A stretch of DNA of 24,000 nucleotides, from NCBI GenBank assembly GCA_001791615.1, contig MGEY01000052.1:1-24000 (forward strand), read 5' to 3'. Source of the stretch: Candidatus Uhrbacteria bacterium RIFOXYA2_FULL_40_9. Its GTDB lineage: Bacteria; Patescibacteriota; Patescibacteriia; UBA9934; GWF2-40-263. The translations under genes were made by a program, and so were the position numbers. Below the pieces are notes generated by a model that saw nothing but the letters and a program-made list of their open reading frames with translations, was not told the DNA's origin and did no database searches. Below, piece by piece: positions 7,892 through 15,600 of this stretch (positions are counted from its first letter, which is position 1; each line of letters opens with the position of its first letter).

Positions 7892-9148
7892 CTAAGGTCT
7901 TAGACTAGAAAAAAACTTTTTAATTGATCCTGTTAGTTTATCTGCTCGTTTTAACGTGGAAAAAATCTTCCCAAACCCATGTCCCTTTTCCCCTCGCATT
8001 TGTCTTCCCCAAAGTACAAGTCCAATAGCTGTACTCATCGCAGGATCAGAAACACGATCAATCACTGATGTCACTCCAATAGGAATTCCAGATGAAACAG
8101 GAAGTCGCAGTGTTTGTTTTGCTGCCTCGAGAATACCAGAAAGCTTTGCCCCTCCTCCAGTGAGAATCACTCCAGCAGGAAGCATTCCTGAACGATCAAT
8201 GCTTTCAAGCTCTCTATCAACATGTTCAAAAATTTCTTGAACACGTGCTTGTGTGATATCTGCAATAAATCGACGACCAATATACTCCTCTTCCATGGCT
8301 CCCAATTCTGCAAGATTAATTTGATCTTTCTTAGACACTTCTTCTGGCAAGGCTGTGGCATAACGAAGTTTGACTTGTTCTGCGACTTCAATAGACGTTC
8401 GTAAACCTATCGCAATATCTGAGGTAATATGATCACTTCCAATAGGTAAAACTGCTGAGTGTAAAATATCCCCTTCTTCAAAAACTACTAGACTCGTTGT
8501 GGAAGCTCCAATATTCACAATACACACTCCTAATTCTTTCTGACGACTAGAAACGACACTTTCTGCTGTTGCTAAAATGGAAAAAACAACATCCTCAATA
8601 TCAAGCCCGGTCCGATAGACACACTTGGTCAAATTCTTTATTTGAGAGCTTAGCCCTTGAATAATAAGGGCATCTACTTCAAGACGAATTCCATTCATTC
8701 CTACAGGATCTTTAATACCATGCTGACCATCCACAATAAAACTCTTTGGAATCACATGGAGAATTTCATAATTGGTCGGAGTAGCAACAGTCCGTGCAGC
8801 TTCAATAGCTCGCTCAACATCATCATCCTGGATTTCTCCATCATGGCGAGCAACTCCCACAACTCCACGGCTTTCTTGCGCGATTATGTGACTTCCGCTA
8901 ATTCCAACCCAAGCAGAATTGATCGGAAGACCCGTAATACGTTCGGCTTGTTCTAAAGCTTTAGAAACAGAAGAAACCGCATCTTCTAAATTCGTAATGG
9001 TGCCTTTATGAACTCCTTTTGAAGGGGATTCAACTGCTCCAATCACATGAATTTGTTCCTTTCCATCTGGAGAAGGGACCAGTTTTCCAACCGCAATACG
9101 TACTGCATGCGATCCGATGTCTAATCCTGTATAGAGTTCTTCTGACAT
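7892..9148 (-). CDS. ftsA: Cell division protein FtsA (actin-like ATPase)
   Basis: MSEELYTGLDIGSHAVRIAVG..., DIEDVVFSILATAE, VNIGASTTSLVVF, VILTGGGAKLSGI. The C-terminal amphipathic tail GSIKKFFSSL is typical of the FtsA membrane-targeting helix. Confidence 0.95.
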   Translation of the reverse strand: MSEELYTGLDIGSHAVRIAVGKLVPSPDGKEQIHVIGAVESPSKGVHKGTITNLEDAVSSVSKALEQAERITGLPINSAWVGISGSHIIAQESRGVVGVARHDGEIQDDDVERAIEAARTVATPTNYEILHVIPKSFIVDGQHGIKDPVGMNGIRLEVDALIIQGLSSQIKNLTKCVYRTGLDIEDVVFSILATAESVVSSRQKELGVCIVNIGASTTSLVVFEEGDILHSAVLPIGSDHITSDIAIGLRTSIEVAEQVKLRYATALPEEVSKKDQINLAELGAMEEEYIGRRFIADITQARVQEIFEHVDRELESIDRSGMLPAGVILTGGGAKLSGILEAAKQTLRLPVSSGIPIGVTSVIDRVSDPAMSTAIGLVLWGRQMRGEKGHGFGKIFSTLKRADKLTGSIKKFFSSLRP

Positions 9149-9206
9149 AGATCTAATAATGATTTATCACCTTTAAAGTAATTTTAGTATACCTGAGAGC
9201 GAAAGA

Positions 9207-9572
9207 CTAAAACAAGGAGAGAATATGGGGAAGAAAAATAATCACCCCAATCAATGCAGCTATAAAAGATGATACAAGAACTGCTCCAGCCATCATATCT
9301 TTCATATCTTTCACAGCTGGATGAATCCGTGGCTTAAATGTATCGATGATTCTTTCAAAAACACTGTTGATAAGTTCCAAAACAAGCACTGAACCAACAA
9401 GCAAAAACAAAATAATTCTTTCAAACACGACAAGATCAAAAACCATAGCAAGTAGGAGAACAAGACATCCAGAAAACAGTTGAATACGAAAACTTTGTTC
9501 TGTAAAAAAAACAAGTCGAATTCCTCGAAAGGCATGGGAAAAACTATGAAAAAGTTGTCTGACTTTAATCAT
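9207..9572 (-). CDS. dgkA: Diacylglycerol/undecaprenol kinase family (DgkA-like) integral membrane protein
   Basis: 121 aa with three hydrophobic helices. Motifs FRGIRLVFFTEQSFRIQL, LELINSVFERIID and VKDMKDMMAGAVLV match the prokaryotic DAGK family. ATGA overlap with the ybeY stop, the classic ybeY-dgkA order. Confidence 0.85.
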   Translation of the reverse strand: MIKVRQLFHSFSHAFRGIRLVFFTEQSFRIQLFSGCLVLLLAMVFDLVVFERIILFLLVGSVLVLELINSVFERIIDTFKPRIHPAVKDMKDMMAGAVLVSSFIAALIGVIIFLPHILSLF

Positions 9573-10042
9573 ACTGGAGAAATTATACCAAAGGTAGAAA
9601 GGAGCTTTTTTTGAAGAATAAACATTTTTTCTGCTTGTTTTATGGTTTGATGTTCGTGTCCGAAAAGATGAAGAGACCCATGAATCAGGAGAAAAATAAG
9701 TTCTTTTCTAGCAGAATGTTTTGCTTCTTTTGCTTGCTTCTTTGCTTGAGGATAACACAATAAAATTTCTCCCATCACTTTTTCCATCTCTGGAAAGGCG
9801 TCTTTATTATCCTCAAAAGAAAAAGAAAGAACATCCGTCACACGATCTACCCCACGATACGTTTTATTATACGCTTTTATCTCCTTTTCACTGATAAAAG
9901 CAACGGAAATAAACACAGGTTTTGTTACTTTTAATTGATGACTTATCTCCTCTGCAACCTGTTTTATCATTCTTTCTGGAAGATGTTGCCCTCCGGAAAG
10001 TTGTTTTTGATTAAAAATGAACGTAATCACAAAATTATTCAA
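9569..10042 (-). CDS. ybeY: rRNA maturation endoribonuclease YbeY
   Basis: Zinc motif HGSLHLFGHEH, plus TDVLSF and EILLCYP. The start is either TTG 10042 (8-nt overlap with the upstream gene) or GTG 10030 (4 nt after its TAA). Confidence 0.9.
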   Translation of the reverse strand: MNNFVITFIFNQKQLSGGQHLPERMIKQVAEEISHQLKVTKPVFISVAFISEKEIKAYNKTYRGVDRVTDVLSFSFEDNKDAFPEMEKVMGEILLCYPQAKKQAKEAKHSARKELIFLLIHGSLHLFGHEHQTIKQAEKMFILQKKLLSTFGIISPV

Positions 10043-11024
10043 AAAAAGAAAAACTATTCAACATCATCTGAAAAGTTTGCAAATAATCAACGGTTCCTTT
10101 AATGCCTGTATCATAGCGAAATCGATAAACTCTTTCCCCTATCTCTACATAGGCTTTCAACTGATCTTCTGTTATCAACATCTGATATCCCTGTTTGGTC
10201 ACAGAAGTATAAACGTTTTCAATACCTTCACGTTGAAACTCCTCAGTAACATCTTCTAAACTTCGATCTATGAGAGAGAGATAAAATTGTTCACCAGTTG
10301 TTGACTCAAGACGAATCTCATCTGTTTCTTCTAAAGACCAAGTGGTTGGATGGTAAAAAAAGAAATTCCCTGCCCAAGTAAACACCGTAACCGTTTTTGA
10401 ATCTAAAAGAGTGAGAGGAGAAAGTCCTTTTGGATGATAGCCATGAAAAACTTCATTTCCGTCAAGAAATCCATCCGCATCTGTATCTGGTAAACGACTA
10501 TCTGTTCCATAAATAAGTGTTTCTTCAAGATCTGTAAGTCCATCACTATCAGAATCTTTTCCTGGAGAAACAGGTGCGGTAAAAAGATCAGAAGGCTCTT
10601 CAATGACAGGTTCTTCAAAAACTTCTTCAATAGGTGGAATAACCTCCTCTGTTTGTTGAGGGGGACGTGCTGTGGTAACAGGCTCTTGAGAAATATCTTC
10701 TTGTTTTGGAAGACTTTTTACAAGAATAAAACCAGCAATAGCAAATCCAACAATCACAATCGCTCCAACAATGATCAATTTTTTAGAAATGAGTGTAACT
10801 CTCTTCCCTGAAGGTTTTTGTGCAGGCATCTTAGGAAGTTCTTTCTTTTTTTCGGGAGGAAGAGTTTTTTTCACAGGAGTTGAAATCACCTCTTTTTGTT
10901 TAATAGTTCCTGAAGCCCCATGTCGATACTCTGACGGCATGGTAAATATAAGCGAATCCCCAGTGGTTGCTGGCTTTTGCGTGTTTGGTGGAAGTTGAAT
11001 ACGTGGCATTTCATTCTCTGGCAT
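10035..11024 (-). CDS. Single-pass membrane protein with TSP3-like Asp-rich Ca-binding-type repeats and an unassigned about 140-aa C-terminal domain
   Basis: The track ORF (to 11147) overlaps the upstream gene by 100 nt, so it is trimmed to ATG 11024 (alternative 11009). TM helix LIIVGAIVIVGFAIAGFILV, a P/E-rich linker, DSDSDGLTDLEE and DTDADGFLDGNEV (10440-10560), then a beta-rich tail (TVFTWAGNFFFYHPTTWSLEE...). Confidence 0.8.
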   Translation of the reverse strand: MPENEMPRIQLPPNTQKPATTGDSLIFTMPSEYRHGASGTIKQKEVISTPVKKTLPPEKKKELPKMPAQKPSGKRVTLISKKLIIVGAIVIVGFAIAGFILVKSLPKQEDISQEPVTTARPPQQTEEVIPPIEEVFEEPVIEEPSDLFTAPVSPGKDSDSDGLTDLEETLIYGTDSRLPDTDADGFLDGNEVFHGYHPKGLSPLTLLDSKTVTVFTWAGNFFFYHPTTWSLEETDEIRLESTTGEQFYLSLIDRSLEDVTEEFQREGIENVYTSVTKQGYQMLITEDQLKAYVEIGERVYRFRYDTGIKGTVDYLQTFQMMLNSFSFFE

Positions 11025-11046
11025 ACAAACCGTTGAGGAAAAAGAA

Positions 11047-11703
11047 TTACAAAGTAGGGACTTCAAATAATTTACCTGATCCATTTGGATTGTAACCAGC
11101 ATCAACTTCTGCTCCATCAAGGTATCCATCTTCATCTGTATCCGCATCTAAAGGATCGGTTTCGTAAAGAGTGATTTCTTCTTTATCAAACAGTCCATCT
11201 TTGTCTGTATCACTGCTTCGGAAATCTGTTCCAAGCTCGGCCTCCTCAGCATCTGTTAATCCATCTTTATCTGTATCCAATCCTGGAATCTCTTGTGGTT
11301 CTGTTTCCACTTCTTCTTGCACTACAGGAACTTCTTGAGTGGTTGTTTCTTCAACGGATTTTGAAACATCTGGGAGTGTTGTTGATTTTGGAGTACGCGA
11401 AGAAAGAAGAAGATAAGAAAGAGAGGCGGCTGCGACAATCACCACCAAAATAGCAATGAAAAGAATAATGATTTTCAACACTAGTGTTTTTTCTTTTGTG
11501 TTCAAAGGAGCAGATGACTCAAGGGATGGATGCTTTGGTAAAGAAAGTGGTGGTGCTACTGGCTTCATCGTGGGATTCTTCACAGGAGTAGAGTGTGAAG
11601 AAGTTTCTGGTAAAGAAGCTGTGGGTGGAACAACAGAAGGACCGTCTTGCTCTGTTTGAGCAAAAATGTCTTCAGGTTCTTTAGGGGTAAGATCATCAAA
11701 CAT
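11047..11703 (-). CDS. Single-pass membrane protein with three to four TSP3-like repeats
   Basis: N-terminus MFDDLTPKEPEDIFA, a P/S-rich cytoplasmic segment and TM helix IIILFIAILVVIVAAASLSYLLL. An acidic linker is followed by DTDKDGLTDAEE, DTDKDGLFDKEE and DTDEDGYLDGAEVDAGYNPNG (11080-11290). Confidence 0.8.
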   Translation of the reverse strand: MFDDLTPKEPEDIFAQTEQDGPSVVPPTASLPETSSHSTPVKNPTMKPVAPPLSLPKHPSLESSAPLNTKEKTLVLKIIILFIAILVVIVAAASLSYLLLSSRTPKSTTLPDVSKSVEETTTQEVPVVQEEVETEPQEIPGLDTDKDGLTDAEEAELGTDFRSSDTDKDGLFDKEEITLYETDPLDADTDEDGYLDGAEVDAGYNPNGSGKLFEVPTL

Positions 11704-11752
11704 AGAAAAATGTTAGAAAATATGAAATTTTATTGATTATTGTGACCCTTTT

Positions 11753-12613
11753 TTATTTGCCTGCTACTATGAGCGGACTATACCCTGCTCTCACTTCTGC
11801 TCCATCAAGGTATCCATCCCCATCTGTATCTGGATTAAGGGGATCTGTAAAATAGGTGTTTACCTCTTCTCCGTCAGAAAGACCATCACTGTCAGAATCT
11901 GCATTGACATCACTTGTCCCAAAACGCATTTCTTGCAATTCATCAAGCCCATCTCCATCACGATCACCAATTCCAACCACATCTTCACAAGAAGCAATAA
12001 GATTTGTATCTGTAATTTGCTGACAAATATCTGGATCTTTTGCCATAATGGCCTGCTCCATTAAAAGAACTTGAGCACAATAAGAAGAATCTCCTGTGCG
12101 CTCAAAACAATTCTCTGAGGTCAAAGGTCCTGCAAGAACACGCAAACATCCTTCTTGTTTTTCTGCATCCAAAATATTCTGACAATCCTTTTCCTTTCCG
12201 CTTGCAAGCGCTTGAGAAAGGTAAAGAGCATCCGCACATATTTGTTGAGTTTGAACATCTATAATCTCTTTACAAAAATCCACATTCTCACGATCACGTG
12301 CCACACTCCAGACACATTCATCAAAAGCATCTCCTTCAAGAACTTTGCATATCTCTACGGCTCCGAGCTTTTGTGCATAAGAACCAATAGCCCGTGTTTG
12401 ACAAGTTTCTTGATTTTCAACCCCTTCACATTCCTTCAAAAGGGCTTGAACTTCCGATTGTTGAGTTGCTTCAAGTACTTGATGGGTTTTCCAGGATCGT
12501 GTGAAAAGAATGGTTCCAAGAATAAGCACAATCACAAACACAATGGCACCAACAACCCATTTCCAAGAAATTTCGTGTGAAGGCAAACTTCTTATTGGTT
12601 CAAGTGTATTCAT
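11753..12613 (-). CDS. Single-pass membrane protein with paired-cysteine repeats followed by TSP3-like repeats
   Basis: ATG 12613 forms an ATGA overlap with the TGA stop of the giant ORF (12610-12612). The track start is TTG 12622. TM helix WVVGAIVFVIVLILGTILF. About six repeats of C-x10-13-C (DFCKEIIDVQTQQIC, DCQNILDAEKQEGC, DICQQITDTNLIASC...). Then DRDGDGLDELQE, DSDSDGLSDGEE and DTDGDGYLDGAEVRAGYSP. Confidence 0.8.
   Translation of the reverse strand: MNTLEPIRSLPSHEISWKWVVGAIVFVIVLILGTILFTRSWKTHQVLEATQQSEVQALLKECEGVENQETCQTRAIGSYAQKLGAVEICKVLEGDAFDECVWSVARDRENVDFCKEIIDVQTQQICADALYLSQALASGKEKDCQNILDAEKQEGCLRVLAGPLTSENCFERTGDSSYCAQVLLMEQAIMAKDPDICQQITDTNLIASCEDVVGIGDRDGDGLDELQEMRFGTSDVNADSDSDGLSDGEEVNTYFTDPLNPDTDGDGYLDGAEVRAGYSPLIVAGK
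11793..11830 (-). repeat. 38-nt segment 36/38 identical to 11105-11142 (the 3' ends of two adjacent TSP3-repeat genes)
   Basis: acttctgctccatcaaggtatccatc[cc/tt]catctgtatc occurs in both genes and encodes DTD(G/E)DGYLDGAEV. This indicates paralogy or gene conversion between neighbours. Confidence 0.85.
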
Positions 12614-15600
12614 AAAGGACAATATTCAAATTGGAAATCTTCAAAACGCATGGTTCCTTCTCCATTAAACTCAACACGCAAAGGAATCGTGAATTCAGAA
12701 GATTCACAAATAAATGCTTCTGGGAATGGGAGAGATCTATCATTTCCTTCAGAAATAACACCGGTGGTTGTGATGGTTGTGCTTCCACTTTCCGTTGTAA
12801 GGGTCATTGTGGCTCCGACGATCGCATCTGCAATGGCTTCGTACATGGTTGTGATTCCTTCGGCGTCAGAAGCTTGATAGGCATATTGTGTCGCATGACA
12901 ATCGCTTGCATCACTCCAATCTGTTCCACATTCCTCACTGGAACAATGTGCCATATAGCCTTCAACGGAAGAGCTAGTCGCAATCACTGCGGAATAAAAT
13001 TGAATACTTGGATTTGCCCCAATAAGCTCTTCACGAATTTCTTGAATACATCCACTCTTATCCGTACCACAAGGTAATCCATCTAAATAAACCGTTGGAG
13101 CTCCATCTGAAAGAAGCACGATAATTTTTGTCGGCGCTGTTGAAGAACTAACAAATAAATCAATCGCCTCTTGAAGACCTGAAGCAGTTGGTGTGCCAGT
13201 ATCCAATCTTGTGAGATATCCCTCAATCGTGGACACTAGTGAACTTTCAGATGTGCTAAATGTTTGATCAATGGTAACAGCCGTGCCATTAAAACTTACA
13301 AGCCCAATATGAAGCGTGACCCCCAAAGCACTCGCGGCATCAAATAATTCTGCTATAGAAGCACTTGTTGCTTCAACAACAGGATAAATACGTGTTGATT
13401 CAATCTCAATAAAACCATCGGCGCCAAAAGGAATCCTCGTTCCTTCTGGGTTCACATACATACTATCAGACAAATCTGTCACAAAGACGATATCAATATC
13501 ATTTGGAACAACATCATCTGCTTCAATATCAGCGGTAAGGGAGACTCCTACAGAACAAGCAGGAAGATAGATCACTCCATTATCAGGTGATTCTCCGGAT
13601 AAATAACGATATAAATCAATATATTGCTGTTTACTTGCCCCAGAAAGTTCACTTTGAACTTGCAGAGAAACGGTTTCATAAGAGAAAGGACAGCTAGATG
13701 CACAATCACTTGCACAAACGGGTTGCACACACGTTCCCCCTGTAGCACAACTTTGTGCATCTGCTCCTGTAGCACCAATCGTACAATAATCACCGTTATC
13801 CTCGCCTCCATTGCAAACACCTACATTCAAACAGGTATATATTCCACTTGTTGTCCCAACAGCACTCGAAGCACAGGTATTACTCACCGCACGAGTATCT
13901 GCATCAAAATAACGATAAGGCAAAACGGTTCCATCACAATATTCTCCTCCATTAATGGTTCCGTCTCCACAATAAGCGCCTGAACTTGTCTTATACTCAC
14001 AAGTGACCGTGCAATACTGACACATCCCTCCGTAAGAAGCCGTGCAAAGATCACCATTCTCGCTTCCTTGATCACAAGATTCTACGCCGGTATACACATA
14101 ATCGTCTCCACAAACATTCCATTCACAGGTATTCAAACAGGCATCATTGTTGCTCGTGTTCCCGTCATCACAAATTTCATCACCTTCTAAAACCCCATTT
14201 CCGCATTGTTGATCTCCGATTACACAAGCAGACCACGTATTCCAAACACATCCAGAACTACAGGTGCGATAACGATAGGCTTGATATCCATCAATGGTTC
14301 CACAAGCAACATACGTTCCTCCACAAGTAGATCCATCCTCACAATCAGCGCTTGTAGTGCAGGTATTTCCATCAGCACAAAGTGCTCCTTCCCATTCTTC
14401 ATACTCCCCATCACAAACTTCTGTTCCATTAAGAATTTGATCTCCGCACGTTGGACCAGGAGTAGAACAATCAAAGGCACAACTTTGCGCATAGGTACTC
14501 ACATATTGCCCATTGGATCCTCTTGTAGACGTGATGTCACAATGTGTATACGCCCAACTACTTGTATCTGCTTTAACCGTGCTCCAATTGGCTGTGGTTC
14601 CACAATCACATTGTTCTCCACCAGCTAAATATCCATCACCACAATAAAAGGAAGTGGTGTAAGTACAATTATCATCGCAATACCCATAGGTTCCATTCAA
14701 TACTCCGTCATCACAAATTTCTGTTCCTTCAACCGTGCCATTTCCACAACTATAAGCTATGCACTCTGTCCCCGCTGTCTCGGCTTCCAAAGCTGTTTGA
14801 TATCCTAAACAATCATCATCACAACGAATAGTGATCAAACCACTCACAACCGTTACTCCATCATCAGCAAGAGTAGTGCAACTTGCGGTGTCTGTATCCC
14901 CAAGTTCACAAGTTTCAATAGAAGGATTCAAAATCCCATCTCCACAAAGTCCTGTGTTTCCTACGGTTGTCCCGGAACAATACATTTCTGTTGAAATAAA
15001 TCCTATTTGCAATGGAATGGTTGTATATCCACCGCTATATTCGACACTGAGCGTTGCACTATCTGTGGAATCTGTATCAATCGGATAGGCCCAAGCGCCT
15101 CCGTTATATTCAAGCTCAAGAGAAAGAATAAACTCTTCTCCACCAATACCGCGATATCCATACACATGAGATCCACTTGGACATTTAAACAATCCTTGCG
15201 TGCCATTCCAACAAGAATCAGAATCATACCCATCATCTGTACATTGATAAAACGCATTAAGAGGATCAACAGGAAGAGTTTCTTGAAGTTCATTTGAAAG
15301 TACCGCATTCCAAGAAGGCCAATTACTAATCGTCATGGAAGGAATATAGGACCCCGCACTGATAAGTGGAACATCTGGAACACAGGTCTCTGTTCCAAGA
15401 CAATCATCATCCTGCGTACAACTTGTATCTGTGGTTACAGAACAATGAGCATACGTTTCTCCATGAGTATTGATTATGTCAAGAATATCTACGGCATCAG
15501 AAAGACGCTTGGTATCGCGTTGTAACTTGGCTTTTTCTGCATCACAATAAGAAGTTCTTGCAGTTCCAAGAGGACAACTGTTATCCGTTACTCCTGTGCA

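Noticed and set aside
11025-11147. N-terminal extension of the 10035 gene (MRIQMKMDTLMEQKLMLV...)
   Set aside because: It overlaps the upstream TSP3 gene by 100 nt in another frame and reads as low-complexity M/Q/L sequence. An internal ATG at 11024 lies 22 nt after the upstream stop.
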